Assembly: GCA_029261135.1 (NCBI GenBank) | Contig: JAJDBX010000074.1 | Coordinates: 92,235 to 156,234 of the forward strand | DNA length: 64,000 bases | Direction: 5' to 3' | Origin: Nitrospirota bacterium | GTDB taxonomy: Bacteria; Nitrospirota; Nitrospiria; SBBL01; JAADHI01 | Shown: positions 30,874-42,126 of the stretch, in pieces | Numbering within the stretch: the first letter of the stretch is position 1 | How the letters are laid out: each line of letters begins with the position of its first letter | Made by a program: the position numbers and the translations under genes | Notes under the pieces: generated by a model | Told to the model about the DNA's origin: nothing | Databases searched by the model: none | The model's input: the letters and a program-made list of their open reading frames with translations, nothing else

Positions 30874-31908
30874 TTGGATACCCTGTTGGATAAGAAAAAT
30901 CTCAACGAGAAAATTAATGCCCTCATCGAATCGGTTGCGCCGGGCACTGCGCACGCGGAAGCCATTCGTGAGATTATGCTGACGGCACTTCGTCTTTCGG
31001 ACGACTATATGACGAAGAGTGATGCCCATGTGATGCATACCGCTTTAAAAGAAATCCGCTACGGGGTTAAATTTTTTTCAGCATACAAAAATGTTCGCAA
31101 GGTCAGTGTTTTCGGCTCTGCGCGCACGCAGCCCAGCGAAGAAGTTTACCAGTATTCCTCTGAATTTTCACAACAGATCGCTTCAAAGGGATTTATGGTC
31201 ATTACCGGCGCGGGCGATGGCATTATGCGCGCAGCACAAGAGGGTGCAGGGCGTGAAAAAAGTTTTGGCATCAACATTCTGCTTCCCTTCGAGCAGTCGG
31301 CCAATGAGTTTATTCAAGATGATCCGAAATTAATGACCTTTAATTTCTTCTTTACACGAAAACTTTTTTTTGTAAAAGAGGCCGATGCCATCGCCCTTTT
31401 TCCAGGGGGATTTGGAACACATGATGAAGGATACGAGTCGCTAACGCTACTACAGACCGGAAAAACAGATCCAATGCCGATTGTATTTGTCGATGTGCCG
31501 GGGAGCAGCTATTGGGAATCGTGGCTTGACTATATTAACGATGAGCTTGTCGAACGTGGACTCATTTCACCGGATGATCTCAATCTCTTTAAGGTCACGC
31601 ATGACATCGAACTCGCAGCAGATGAAATTTCAGATTTTTATCGGAATTATCATTCAAGCTGTTATGTCGATGGGAAACTGATCCTTCGGGTGAAGGATCC
31701 CATAACACATCTGCACCTCGAACAACTCAATGACCACTTTTCAGATATTGTCGTCACAGGCCAAATTGAAACAAGTGAACCATCGCCCAAAGAGACTGAA
31801 GCCCTTTCTCCATCAACACTTTATCGTATTCGCTTTCATTTTAACCAAAAGAATTTTGGACGCCTTCGCAAAATGATCGACATGATTAATCAGTTAGATG
31901 AGAGATAA
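30874..31908 (+). CDS. LOG-family (TIGR00730-type) nucleotide-binding protein
   Basis: The track ORF starts at 30550, inside the RND gene in another frame. The first plausible start after the RND stop is an in-frame TTG at 30874. Motifs are VSVFGSAR, ITGAGDGIMRAAQEGA and FPGGFGTHDE. Confidence 0.7.
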   Translation: MDTLLDKKNLNEKINALIESVAPGTAHAEAIREIMLTALRLSDDYMTKSDAHVMHTALKEIRYGVKFFSAYKNVRKVSVFGSARTQPSEEVYQYSSEFSQQIASKGFMVITGAGDGIMRAAQEGAGREKSFGINILLPFEQSANEFIQDDPKLMTFNFFFTRKLFFVKEADAIALFPGGFGTHDEGYESLTLLQTGKTDPMPIVFVDVPGSSYWESWLDYINDELVERGLISPDDLNLFKVTHDIELAADEISDFYRNYHSSCYVDGKLILRVKDPITHLHLEQLNDHFSDIVVTGQIETSEPSPKETEALSPSTLYRIRFHFNQKNFGRLRKMIDMINQLDER

Positions 31909-31959
31909 GCCCTCTAAAACATTATTTAACTTACTAACTCACCACAAAATGGAAGATCA

Positions 31960-32892
31960 ATGAAAAACAGCGTGACCGTCTTTACTCCTGCTTCCGTCGG
32001 CAACATCGGTCCCGGATTTGACGTACTCGGGATGGCGCTTTCCGGCATGGGAGACACCCTACGCGCTGATCGCCATCCAGACCCTGGCGTGATCATCAAA
32101 ACAATTACGGGAGATCAGGGGCAGCTACCCAAAGAAGCGAAAGAAAACACAGCAGGCATTGCCGCGCAAGCGGTCTTGGCCCACCTCAAGATTAAAGAGG
32201 GTGTGAGTCTCTCTTTGCATAAAGAAATTCCCGGTACGGGATTAGGTAGCAGCGCTTCCAGCGCCGTTGCAGGGGCTTATGCCACCAATCTTTTATTTGG
32301 GAAACCCTTATCAAAAGCTGAATTAATCCCGTTTGCGGCTATTGCTGAAGAGAAAGTTAGTGGCGGACTTTTTTTGGATAACGTCGGGCCCTCACTCATG
32401 GGGGGCGTCACCTGGAATAACCCTAAGACAAAAGAAGTCGTTTCACTGGGCTATATTGAAGCGGCCGTCATCATTACAGCCACGCCGGATTTTCGCGTGC
32501 TCACAAAAGATGCGCGAAGTGCATTGCCTAAATCAGTTCCAATGTCTGATTTTATTTCTAATATCGCAAACACGGCCATGATATCATGGGCCGTTGCCAA
32601 ACAAGACGTGCTGCGATTCGGGCAGTCCATTCAAGACTGTATGGCCGAACCGGCGCGAGCGCCCCTCATCAAAGGCTTTGATGAGGTTAAAAAAACGGCG
32701 CTCGCAACAGGGGCATTGGGATGCTCCATTTCCGGTGCGGGTTCTACCGTCTTTGCTGTTTCGGATGATAAGGCTCTTGGAGAAAAAATTGGCTCAGCAA
32801 TGAAAGCGTGTTTTTTAGACCATGGGGTGCATGCAGAAATCCGTGTGACCACAATGGATCCAGCGGGAGCGCGGGAAATACTCCCGGCCTGA
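31960..32892 (+). CDS. thrB: homoserine kinase
   Basis: 310 aa. Contains PASVGNIGPGFDVLG and the GHMP motif GTGLGSSASSAVA. Confidence 0.9.
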   Translation: MKNSVTVFTPASVGNIGPGFDVLGMALSGMGDTLRADRHPDPGVIIKTITGDQGQLPKEAKENTAGIAAQAVLAHLKIKEGVSLSLHKEIPGTGLGSSASSAVAGAYATNLLFGKPLSKAELIPFAAIAEEKVSGGLFLDNVGPSLMGGVTWNNPKTKEVVSLGYIEAAVIITATPDFRVLTKDARSALPKSVPMSDFISNIANTAMISWAVAKQDVLRFGQSIQDCMAEPARAPLIKGFDEVKKTALATGALGCSISGAGSTVFAVSDDKALGEKIGSAMKACFLDHGVHAEIRVTTMDPAGAREILPA

Positions 32893-32973
32893 AATGAATT
32901 AAAAAGTGACGTCTCATTTAAGGTCTAAATCACAAACACATTTCTTGGCCCTCACTGATTAAGGAGTTATCGA

Positions 32974-33945
32974 ATGGAATTGGGCACCACACTCACACGG
33001 TTTTTAATTGAACAGCAACGTAAATCGGGGGCTTCCGGTGATTTCACAGGACTCCTCTCAGAAATTGCGACGGCGGGCAAAATTATTTCACGCGAAGTCA
33101 ATAAAGCAGGACTCATTGATCTTCTAGGTTACAAAGGGAAGAAAAACGTTCATGGGGAGGATGTTCAAAAACTCGATGATTTTGCCAACGAAGTCTTTAT
33201 CAATACCTTGTCTCACACAGGACATCTGATCGGCATGGCCTCAGAGGAAATGGAAGGCATTTATCAAATTCCGGAAAATAGCCAAAAGGGGAAATACGTC
33301 TTCCTCATGGATCCGCTGGATGGTTCTTCTAATATCGATGTCAACATCAGTGTCGGCTCCATATTTTCAATTTATCGCAGGAAAAGTACAGGAAAACAGG
33401 CGACGATGGAAGATTTCCTTCAACCGGGGCGCAATCAAGTCTGTGCGGGTTACCTGATCTATGGATCCAGCACGATGCTGGTTTACACGACGGGCCAGGG
33501 GGTTCACGGCTTCACACTGGATCCCAGTATCGGCGTTTTTCTTTTATCCCACGAAATGATTACCACACCTTCGCGTGGTAAGATCTACAGCATTAATGAA
33601 GCTTACGATACGATATGGACTGAAAATATTGGCGCCTACATTGACCAAGCTAAAAAAGAGAAAAAAACCGCGCGCTACCTCGGGTCACTGGTTGCAGACT
33701 TTCATCGCAACCTGCTCAAAGGTGGTATTTTCCTTTATCCGGCTGATCAAAAAAACCCCGAAGGAAAACTTCGCCTGCTTTATGAAGCCGCCCCACTCGC
33801 CTTCGTTGTAGAACAGGCAGCAGGTCGAGCAAGCACGGGCCATGCACCGTTGCTTGATATAAAACCAAAAGAAATCCATCAACGGATCCCGCTGATCATT
33901 GGTAGTGCGGAAGATGTTACCCAAGCAGAAAAATGTTGTTCGTAA
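32974..33945 (+). CDS. fbp: class 1 fructose-1,6-bisphosphatase
   Basis: 323 aa. Contains LTRFLIEQQR, DPLDGSSNIDVNISVGSIFSIY and GKLRLLYEAAPLAF. Confidence 0.9.
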   Translation: MELGTTLTRFLIEQQRKSGASGDFTGLLSEIATAGKIISREVNKAGLIDLLGYKGKKNVHGEDVQKLDDFANEVFINTLSHTGHLIGMASEEMEGIYQIPENSQKGKYVFLMDPLDGSSNIDVNISVGSIFSIYRRKSTGKQATMEDFLQPGRNQVCAGYLIYGSSTMLVYTTGQGVHGFTLDPSIGVFLLSHEMITTPSRGKIYSINEAYDTIWTENIGAYIDQAKKEKKTARYLGSLVADFHRNLLKGGIFLYPADQKNPEGKLRLLYEAAPLAFVVEQAAGRASTGHAPLLDIKPKEIHQRIPLIIGSAEDVTQAEKCCS

Positions 33946-34012
33946 ATTGACAAGCTATTGAAAATGTTTTATCTTTTTGGCTTCTTCTGTAAGGCCATCC
34001 ACGAAAATTTAT

Positions 34013-34088
34013 GGGGCTGTAGCTCAATTGGGAGAGCGCCTGGTTCGCAATCAGGAGGTAGGGGGTTCAATCCCCCCCAGCTCCACCA
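34013..34088 (+). tRNA. tRNA-Ala (CGC)
   Basis: GGGGCTGTAGCTCAATTGGGAGAGCGCCTGGTTCGCAATCAGGAGGTAGGGGGTTCAATCCCCCCCAGCTCCACCA. G3:U70 identity pair, anticodon loop TT-CGC-AA, CCA encoded. Confidence 0.9.
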
Positions 34089-34226
34089 GTAAGGTCGGGG
34101 GGTTCTGATGTGCTTCTCTATTTCTAGTAAAACATTCCTACTACAAATACAACCCGAACATGAAACACCCGATTGATCCTGAGAAAGAATCGGAAAAAGT
34201 CCGGTTGATTTTAGACCGTTAGAGGC

Positions 34227-34391
34227 ACCCCCCTTCTCTTTAAATACTCTTTTTGTAGCATACATCTTCTTGTCGGCCAGACCGATGAGTCCCTCGGGAT
34301 CAACATAAACCTGCGGCCCAGTCTCAACAATGCCAATACTCAAGGTTAAGTCTTTCAGACCTTGCTTAATTTCATTATTGAGACGTGACAA
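34227..34391 (-). pseudogene. C-terminal remnant of a GGDEF (diguanylate cyclase) domain
   Basis: The first ~55 codons of track ORF 33969..34391 read ...LTLSIGIVETGPQVYVDPEGLIGLADKKMYATKRVFKEKGG, the last strands and helix of a GGDEF domain. The frame is closed by TAG three codons upstream, and the rest of the ORF runs antisense through tRNA-Ala. Confidence 0.55.
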
Positions 34392-34438
34392 GTAATATTC
34401 CTAGGCCTGTTCTTTACAGAAATTTGACAAAATAATGA

Positions 34439-34661
34439 GAACTCGTCACCACCATCAAGATAAACATGCAGATTGACTTGGTTATTTTAGATATCCTAAT
34501 GCCTCGAATGAATCGCCTAGAAATGCTCCCGGCGGTCAAGAAGAAGTTAAAAAAACACCACTTGACTATGCTTGGTTTAACTGCAGAAGAGAGCCCTCCC
34601 TATCATTAAACCCTTTGATCCTCACAAACTCATTTCCGCTATTCTGTGTCTAACTGGCTGA
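34439..34661 (+). pseudogene. frameshifted remnant of a response-regulator receiver (REC) domain
   Basis: My translation gives ELVTTIKINMQIDLVILDILMPRMNRLEMLPAVKKKLKKHHLTMLGLTAEE, then TAA at 34607. In the +1 frame it continues KPFDPHKLISAILCLTG*. There is no start codon, and the phospho-acceptor N-terminal part is missing. Confidence 0.6.
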
Positions 34662-34866
34662 TTTCGCTTTCATCAAAGAGGAAAAAAGCAAGGCCCCTTC
34701 TTCATTTTATACCTTGTACGTCCCTCCTAAAACCTTCGAGACAATATCCAGATTTAATGAGACCGCCCATTTTGGCTGAGGATGGTTCAAGATTCACTGA
34801 AAATCCGCACTTTGATTAAAGCGTGTCCTTCCTTTAAAATAGTCCCCGAATGAGAAAAGAATAGCG

Positions 34867-36318
34867 ATGACAATGATCATGACGACAGCGATTATTACCT
34901 TCATTATTGGAATCGTCTTTGGGGGGCTTTTTATTCGGCTCCTTTTAAAATATCGGTTAGATGAGGCGAGCCATCAATGGCGTTCTGATTATGAACAAAA
35001 TATCGCGGTTTTGAATGAACGACTTGAGACAAAAAATCAAGGCATTCTGGTAACAACTCAAGAAATCAGTGCCTTAAAAAGTGAAAACACCTCATTTCAA
35101 ACAGCCATCACCGCGCTTAAAATTGAACGTTCCTCACTTGAAACCACCCTTCTAAAAGAACAAAAAGCGGCTGATGAAAAGCTCGCCATTCTGGACAAAG
35201 CCAAAACAAACCTTTCAGATGCCTTTAAGGCGCTTTCTGCTGAAGCCTTAAAGAGTAACAATCAAATGTTTCTTGAAGTAGCCAAATCCACGTTTGAAAA
35301 ACTTCGGGGCGAGGCTGACAGCGATCTATTAAAACGACAGGTTGCCATTGATCAACTGGTCAAGCCCGTTCACGAGGGTTTGAATAAATTTGACATAAAG
35401 ATTCAATCCTTGGAAAAAGCACGTATCGGCGCTTATGAAGGCCTCAACCAGCAAGTCAAAAGTCTGATCGACAGCCAACAGCAACTTCGCTCTGAAACAA
35501 GCAACTTGGTCAATGCCTTGCGAACACCACAGGCCCGAGGAAGATGGGGCGAAATTCAGCTCAAACGTGTTGTCGAAATGGCCGGCATGCTGAATCACTG
35601 CGATTTCAAAGAACAGCCTGTTGTTTCAGCAGAAGAATCACGTCTTCGGCCTGACCTCATCGTGAACCTTCCCGGAGGAAAAACGCTGGTCGTGGATGCC
35701 AAGGTTCCACTATCATCTTACCTGGAAAGTATGGAATCCAAAGACGACCTCATCACGCAAACAAAACTGAAAGATCATGCCCGGCGTATCCGGGAACATA
35801 TCACCGAACTCAGTAGAAAATCTTATTGGGAACAGTTTCAACCCTCGCCTGAATTTGTGGTGCTCTTCCTTCCTGGAGAATCTTTTTTCAGCGCTGCACT
35901 GCAAGAAGACCCTTCCCTCATCGAACAAGGTGTGGATCAGAAAGTGATCATTGCGACACCCACCACCCTGATTGCCTTGCTCAAAGCCGTCGCTTATGGA
36001 TGGAAGCAGGAAAACCTTGCAGAAAATGCCAAAAAAATTGGAGAACTGGGGAAAGAACTCTATAAACGTATTTTTGATATGAGCAAACATTTTCGGAATC
36101 TTGGCAGCAATCTCCAAAAATCAGTGGAAAGCTACAACAAATCAATTGGTACGCTCGAATCCCGGGTCTTGGTCAGCGCAAGACGATTTCAAGAACTCAA
36201 TATTGCCAACCCAGATGAAGAAATTCCTCCTCTTTCCTCGATCGATATTGTCACACGGCATTTTCAAGCGCCAGAGATGATCGATCGAAACGAAAAAAAC
36301 AAAGAAAATACGCTTTAA
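34867..36318 (+). CDS. rmuC: DNA recombination protein RmuC
   Basis: 483 aa. N-terminal TM segment, a long coiled coil, then the RmuC nuclease-like block GRWGEIQLKRVVEMAGM...PDLIVNLPGGKTLVVDAKVPL. Confidence 0.85.
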   Translation: MTMIMTTAIITFIIGIVFGGLFIRLLLKYRLDEASHQWRSDYEQNIAVLNERLETKNQGILVTTQEISALKSENTSFQTAITALKIERSSLETTLLKEQKAADEKLAILDKAKTNLSDAFKALSAEALKSNNQMFLEVAKSTFEKLRGEADSDLLKRQVAIDQLVKPVHEGLNKFDIKIQSLEKARIGAYEGLNQQVKSLIDSQQQLRSETSNLVNALRTPQARGRWGEIQLKRVVEMAGMLNHCDFKEQPVVSAEESRLRPDLIVNLPGGKTLVVDAKVPLSSYLESMESKDDLITQTKLKDHARRIREHITELSRKSYWEQFQPSPEFVVLFLPGESFFSAALQEDPSLIEQGVDQKVIIATPTTLIALLKAVAYGWKQENLAENAKKIGELGKELYKRIFDMSKHFRNLGSNLQKSVESYNKSIGTLESRVLVSARRFQELNIANPDEEIPPLSSIDIVTRHFQAPEMIDRNEKNKENTL

Positions 36319-36593
36319 AACCACACAAAGTAGGCCCCGGTTTTATCTCGTTCTCAAATTTCCATCAAGAACGAGAATACACAACATCCATTCCGAAAAT
36401 TATCTGATAAACTTAGATAGGCGAAGACGGATTCTCGGTCTAAAAAAGATTTTATGGCTCAAGTTTTGGAGAGACTCTGTCGATACACAAGTAATGGTGT
36501 CATAAATAAAACAAGCCGATGCAACATAGCACATCTTTATATAAAGGATTATCAACACCGATGGGCAGATAGAGTTAAAGGGAGAAAAAATCC

Positions 36594-38909
36594 ATGAAAA
36601 TAATTCAAAACATGAAGATCAAGCATAAGCTATTGATGTGTAGCCTCGTATTCTTGGTTCCACTCACCCTCGTTATTACTTTGATCGTCAAAGAAATGAA
36701 TATGTCCATCGATTTTGTCCAAAATGAAATCTATGGGATGGAATACCTCAAGTCCCTTAGAGGACTGGTAGAGGATCTGCCACAGCATCGTGGCATGGTA
36801 AATGCTTCTTTAAGTGGGAATCCCTCTTTCAAGAAAAAAATATCGGGTAAAGCATCGGATATTAATGAAAATATTGATCGTATTGATGCCCTTGATCAAC
36901 GACTGGGGCATATACTCGGAACGACGGATACCTGGAACCGCTTCACAGAGGAATGGGATGATTTAAATAATGATACACAGAGTCTCTCTCCCGAAAGAAT
37001 TTTTTTACGGCATACAAATCTCATTAAAACACTCCTAACTTCAATGGCTATGATCAGTGACCATTCAAACCTCACACGTGATTCCGCGGTTGAGCATACA
37101 TATCTAATTGATGCTGTCATTCTTAAAGTTCCACCCATCACGGAACAAGTGAGTCGTTTGCAGGGTCTGGGGGTAGGGATCTCATCACGACAAGAGATCA
37201 CTGAGAAAGACAAGATCGAACTGCTTCTTCTGAGTGGCAGCATAGCGACATTGTCAGAGCGTCTTTCATCTGGCATCGCGATGGGGCTTAATAATGAGTC
37301 AATTCAATCGATCAAAAAGACAGCAGAGAAAGCACTCAAAAAGACACAGGTTTTCCAGGATATTTTTGAGACAATGATCACCAATAAGGGGTCAATTGCT
37401 AATATTAATCCTACTGAATACTTTGCAGCCGGTACAGCTGTGAACAATGCCTTCTTTTCCCTATACGATATCGCATTTCCAGCCTTAAATCATCTTTTAG
37501 AAACACGAATTGAGGGTCTTAAATCTGAAAGAACTTGGGCGATGATCGGAATATTCATCGTATTATCTGTCGGACTTTTTCTGGGTGTTTACAGTATACG
37601 GGCCATCAACAACCCGCTCACAGAAATAACCGAGGCCGTCAATAAAGTTGCACAGGGTGATTTTTCCGTTGAATTTGACACAGAAAGCGAAGACGAAATG
37701 GGACTCTTGTCCAAAGGACTTTCAGACATGATTGCCCACCTCAAAGAGGGAGAAGAACACCAGCCCGACGAGGACAAATTTACAGCTATGGTAGAAAAGA
37801 CGAGTACCAACTTTTTATTTTTAGGTCTGGATCATAAACTGAATTATATGAACGGGGCCTCAAGAAAAACCTTTCAGACCATTGCGCATCTTCTTTCGAG
37901 TCCTCCGGATAAAATGCTCGGAAAATCCATCAATAATTTTTACAAGGTACCGACAGAAATTTCACAAATACTGGATAAACCAAAGTACCTGCCCTACCAT
38001 GACCAGATCAGATTTGGCGATGAAGCCGTGGAGATCACTGCCACCCCCATTCATGATCATCTGAATAATCGGATGGGGACGATGATTGTATGGGGTCTGA
38101 TTGCAAATGTCGGACAAACAAATAGCTCACTGAAAGAAACGACAGAATCTATTGCTTCAGCCTCAGAACGATTGGCGGCAGCAACGAAGGAGATGCAGTT
38201 GAACGCCGAAACATCGACCCAGCAGGCCGAAAGTGCAGCCGAAGTCGGTGAACACACCAGCCATAATGTCGAATCTGTTGCTGCGGCTGCAGAAGAAATG
38301 TCCGTGACCATCAAAGAGATCGCCAGCAATATTCATACAGCAAGCCGGATCACAACACAAGCCGTGACCATGGCAGAGTCGATGAACGAGACCATCTCCA
38401 AACTGGATGCATCCAATAGTGAAATTGATAATGTGGTGAAGGTCATCAGCATGATCGCAGGACAGACCAACCTCCTGGCCTTAAATGCAACAATAGAGGC
38501 GGCACGCGCTGGAGATGCAGGGAAAGGTTTTGCCGTCGTGGCCAACGAAGTCAAAGAACTGGCAAAAGGAACTTCAAAAGCAACGGATGAGATTCGGCAG
38601 CAGATTAGTTCGATTCAATCCAACACAAAAGACGCCATTGACTCTATTGAAAAGATTTCGGATATTATCAAAGAGAACAATTCGATTACCACAACCATCG
38701 CAAGTGCAGTCGAGGAACAATCGATGACCACGAATGAAATCAGCTTAAATATCGCCGAAACAGCCAAAGAGACTAAAGAGGTCGTCAAGAATCTTCAAGA
38801 AATTATCTCCTCCGCCAAAAATACAGCGGCCAGCGCGGGCAGCATCGGAGAGGCCTCTGAAGAGTTGTCAAGGACAGCCAATGAACTTTCCAATTTAGCC
38901 AACGAATAA
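36594..38909 (+). CDS. methyl-accepting chemotaxis protein (NIT-like sensor, HAMP, PAS-like, MA domain)
   Basis: 771 aa. The periplasmic region has [15 protein letters not shown], a NIT/PilJ-like pattern. HAMP is [15 protein letters not shown]. The signalling-domain core is [34 protein letters not shown]. Confidence 0.85.
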   Translation: MKIIQNMKIKHKLLMCSLVFLVPLTLVITLIVKEMNMSIDFVQNEIYGMEYLKSLRGLVEDLPQHRGMVNASLSGNPSFKKKISGKASDINENIDRIDALDQRLGHILGTTDTWNRFTEEWDDLNNDTQSLSPERIFLRHTNLIKTLLTSMAMISDHSNLTRDSAVEHTYLIDAVILKVPPITEQVSRLQGLGVGISSRQEITEKDKIELLLLSGSIATLSERLSSGIAMGLNNESIQSIKKTAEKALKKTQVFQDIFETMITNKGSIANINPTEYFAAGTAVNNAFFSLYDIAFPALNHLLETRIEGLKSERTWAMIGIFIVLSVGLFLGVYSIRAINNPLTEITEAVNKVAQGDFSVEFDTESEDEMGLLSKGLSDMIAHLKEGEEHQPDEDKFTAMVEKTSTNFLFLGLDHKLNYMNGASRKTFQTIAHLLSSPPDKMLGKSINNFYKVPTEISQILDKPKYLPYHDQIRFGDEAVEITATPIHDHLNNRMGTMIVWGLIANVGQTNSSLKETTESIASASERLAAATKEMQLNAETSTQQAESAAEVGEHTSHNVESVAAAAEEMSVTIKEIASNIHTASRITTQAVTMAESMNETISKLDASNSEIDNVVKVISMIAGQTNLLALNATIEAARAGDAGKGFAVVANEVKELAKGTSKATDEIRQQISSIQSNTKDAIDSIEKISDIIKENNSITTTIASAVEEQSMTTNEISLNIAETAKETKEVVKNLQEIISSAKNTAASAGSIGEASEELSRTANELSNLANE

Positions 38910-38985
38910 AACCAAGTGTCGCATTTTTCTCCTCTGATTTTGGTATGCTATACAAGCGCATCTAAAATCGCTACAATCCCTCTTT

Positions 38986-40725
38986 GTGATGAAGACAGCA
39001 GACGAGCTACGAAACACCCTCCATCAAATCGATGGCCAAGGATACAAAGCCTACAAAAAGATCAAAGGGGCTTATACCTTTTCTGACTTTTCCCTCTTCA
39101 TCGACTATGTTCAGGGCGATCCCTTTGCCACACCGAGCCGTTTTCGTCTACATGTTGCCCAAACGGTTGCCCAATTCCCGGAAAGCCTGTGTCAAAATAA
39201 AACCCGACGCATTGCGCTTGCTGACTATTTAACACGCCAATTCCACCTGCAAGCCAGAAAAAAATCAAAAAATCTCGGGATTGGAAAAAGCGGACTCATT
39301 GAAATTGACCGTCCGAGACAGGCGGTATTGGAACGAACGGCTGCGACCATTCATGACGATTATCTCGAAATCCGATTTTTCCTGGGTCTTCCTGCCCGAG
39401 GACGAACGATACTGGGGCAACAAGCCATTGAAATGATTCATGATGCCCTGCCCGCTTTGGTCGAGAAAGCGCTTAAATTTAAAAACCTTGATGCCCCTGC
39501 CGTGCAGGAATTTGTCGAGACCATTGAAGATGCAGAAGTCATTCGTGCGCAACTGAAAGCGCATGCACTGGTCAGCTTTGTCGCAAATGGCGCTATTTTA
39601 CCGAGAAAAAGCGGCATCAATCCGCATCCACTGAAGAACAGCCCTATTTCTTTTCAAACGCCATCCGCTTTTGAAGTGACATTGGAGCGACCCAATGCAG
39701 GGAAAATTACCGGCATGGGCATTCCTCTCGGCGTCACACTCATTGTCGGCGGCGGCTATCATGGGAAATCGACGCTATTAAGAGCCATTGAATTCGGCAT
39801 CTACAACCATCCCCCCGGAGATGGTCGAGAATTTGTGGTCACAGATCTTGATGCCGTAAAGATCCGATCAGAGGACGGGAGAGCGGTCTCCGGGGTGGAT
39901 ATCTCACCCTTTATCAATAACCTCCCTCAGAAGCAAGCGACGCAAGTCTTTTCAACAGAAAACGCAAGTGGCAGTACCTCTCAAGCCGCCAATATTGTTG
40001 AAGCGCTTGAAGTCAAACCTACGCTGTTATTGATTGATGAAGACACAGCGGCTACGAACTTTATGATCCGTGATTATCGGATGCAGGAATTAATTACAAA
40101 AGAACAAGAACCCATTACCCCATTTATCGACAAGGTACGCCAACTCTACATAGCCCATCAGATCTCAACGATTCTGGTCATCGGTGGCAGCGGGGATTAT
40201 TTTGAAACGGCGGATCATGTGATCGCGATGGAAAATTTCAAGCCCTACGATGCGACACAAGCGGCAAAAGACATCGCAGAAAAATATCCCTCAGAACGCA
40301 CACCAGAAGGTGGAGGTCGCTTTGGGGCCATTGGGCAAAGAGTGCCTTTAGCAGAAAGTCTAAACCCAAAAACAGCCACACGAGAGGTATACTTAAAAAC
40401 ACACGACATTGAAACTATCGCTTTTGGTGATGAAACCATCGACCTTTCCGGGATTGAACAACTTGTCGAAAAAAGCCAGGCGCGCGCAATCGGACATGCG
40501 CTCCTGTATGCCAAAAGCCAGCTGATTGACGGAAAACGGACCGTATCTGAAATCACCGATCTGCTGATGGAAGAGATCGAAAAGAAAGGTCTCGACGCAC
40601 TCACCGGCACGCTTTATGGAGATCTGGCGTATTTTCGGCGATTTGAGTGGATTGCCGCTTTAAATCGCCTGCGAACACTGAGGGTTCAAACAATTAGGGC
40701 CGACCAAAACCGGAGTGATCCATGA
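38986..40725 (+). CDS. ABC_ATPase-family (PF09818-like) predicted ATPase
   Basis: 579 aa. Contains LHQIDGQGYKAYKKIKG...FIDYVQGDPFATPSRFRL, P-loop GGGYHGKST and Walker B LLLIDEDTAATN. Confidence 0.7.
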   Translation: MMKTADELRNTLHQIDGQGYKAYKKIKGAYTFSDFSLFIDYVQGDPFATPSRFRLHVAQTVAQFPESLCQNKTRRIALADYLTRQFHLQARKKSKNLGIGKSGLIEIDRPRQAVLERTAATIHDDYLEIRFFLGLPARGRTILGQQAIEMIHDALPALVEKALKFKNLDAPAVQEFVETIEDAEVIRAQLKAHALVSFVANGAILPRKSGINPHPLKNSPISFQTPSAFEVTLERPNAGKITGMGIPLGVTLIVGGGYHGKSTLLRAIEFGIYNHPPGDGREFVVTDLDAVKIRSEDGRAVSGVDISPFINNLPQKQATQVFSTENASGSTSQAANIVEALEVKPTLLLIDEDTAATNFMIRDYRMQELITKEQEPITPFIDKVRQLYIAHQISTILVIGGSGDYFETADHVIAMENFKPYDATQAAKDIAEKYPSERTPEGGGRFGAIGQRVPLAESLNPKTATREVYLKTHDIETIAFGDETIDLSGIEQLVEKSQARAIGHALLYAKSQLIDGKRTVSEITDLLMEEIEKKGLDALTGTLYGDLAYFRRFEWIAALNRLRTLRVQTIRADQNRSDP

Positions 40726-41981
40726 TCCCAAGTTTAAGTCACTGGTTCACCCAGCAAGACATCAATGCCGCGCTCGCAACATTATTGGCGAGAGGCATTG
40801 CAATCGTTGTTGTCGTATTTCTCAGTTTTCTGGCAAACTTTCTTGCCAAACGGATGTTGCTTTCCGGCGTCTCCTACCTCATCTCCCGTACAAAAACGGA
40901 GTGGGATGATGCCTTACTGAAACACCAGTTTTTCGACCACCTTGCGCATTTCACGCCTGCCATCGTCATTACCCTTTTGGCCCCAATGGCACTTGAGGGT
41001 TATCCAAAGGCCATCCTCATTACAACAAATGCACTGAACATTTATATCATTATCATTGGCGTGCTTGCGATCGATGCTCTTTTAAACGCCGTTTCAACGG
41101 TCTACCAAACATTTGAAGTCTCAAAAGACATTCCCATCAAAGCCTTCATGCAAGCCTTGAAAATCATCATCTATTTCCTGGCGTTTATATTTATAATTTC
41201 AGCCCTGCTCAACAAAAGCCCACTCTACTTCTTAAGTGGTCTTGGCGCACTCACAGCGATTTTCATGTTGATCTTCAAAGACGCTATCCTTGGATTTGTT
41301 GCAGGCATCCAACTCACCGCAAACAAAATGGTGATCCCCGGCGATTGGATTGAAATGCCAAACTACGGTGCAGACGGCGCCGTGCTTGAAGTTTCCCTCA
41401 CCACGGTTAAAATCCAAAATTGGGACAAAACCATCACAACAATTCCTACTTATGCACTCATCAGTGAATCGTTTAAAAACTGGCAGGGCATGACGGAGTC
41501 GGGTGGGCGGCGCATTAAAAGGGCGATTCACATCGACATGAATACCATCCGATTTTGCACGGATGAAATAATCGAAAAATTCGCGAAGATTCGGCCGATT
41601 TCAGGCTATATCGAAACAAAAAAGAAGGAACTAACCCTATACAATACCGAACACGGATTAGATGATTCCAGTATTGTCAATCGTCGTCAGCTCACCAATA
41701 TTGGCACCTTCCGGGCTTATGTCCTGGCCTATCTCAAAAATCATCCCCAAATTCACAAAGACATGACCTTTCTCGTTCGTCAACTCGCCCCGACTGAGCA
41801 TGGATTGCCGATAGAAATTTATGTCTTTTGCAGTGACACGGATTGGGCGAATTACGAGGCCATTCAGGCGGATATCTTTGATCATTTGTTTGCGGCCCTG
41901 CCTGAATTCGAACTTAAGGTCTTTCAAAACCCGACAGGAAACGATTTCAGCGTTTTGGCTGAAAATCATGCAAATCGTTGA
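40722..41981 (+). CDS. MscS-family mechanosensitive channel
   Basis: 419 aa. N-terminal TM helices, then the MscS beta-domain pattern PGDWIEMPNYGADGAVLEVSLTTVKIQNWDKTITTIPT. Confidence 0.8.
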   Translation: MIPSLSHWFTQQDINAALATLLARGIAIVVVVFLSFLANFLAKRMLLSGVSYLISRTKTEWDDALLKHQFFDHLAHFTPAIVITLLAPMALEGYPKAILITTNALNIYIIIIGVLAIDALLNAVSTVYQTFEVSKDIPIKAFMQALKIIIYFLAFIFIISALLNKSPLYFLSGLGALTAIFMLIFKDAILGFVAGIQLTANKMVIPGDWIEMPNYGADGAVLEVSLTTVKIQNWDKTITTIPTYALISESFKNWQGMTESGGRRIKRAIHIDMNTIRFCTDEIIEKFAKIRPISGYIETKKKELTLYNTEHGLDDSSIVNRRQLTNIGTFRAYVLAYLKNHPQIHKDMTFLVRQLAPTEHGLPIEIYVFCSDTDWANYEAIQADIFDHLFAALPEFELKVFQNPTGNDFSVLAENHANR

Positions 41982-42026
41982 CAGGCTTTATAAGATCATA
42001 TAAAATCCGCTTCACCTTTCTAGAAC

Positions 42027-42098
42027 GCGGGAATAGCTCAGTGGTAGAGCATCGCCTTGCCAAGGCGGAGGTCGCGGGTTCAAATCCCGTTTCCCGCT
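42027..42098 (+). tRNA. tRNA-Gly (GCC)
   Basis: GCGGGAATAGCTCAGTGGTAGAGCATCGCCTTGCCAAGGCGGAGGTCGCGGGTTCAAATCCCGTTTCCCGCT. Anticodon loop CT-GCC-AA. CCA is not encoded. Confidence 0.9.
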
Positions 42099-42126
42099 CT
42101 AATAAATCAATAACTTACAACTTTTT

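Noticed and set aside
33969-34391. 140-aa minus-strand ORF taken as an intact gene.
   Set aside because: Its distal two thirds run antisense straight through tRNA-Ala (34013-34088). Only the first ~55 codons look like protein (a GGDEF tail), so it is reported as a pseudogene fragment.
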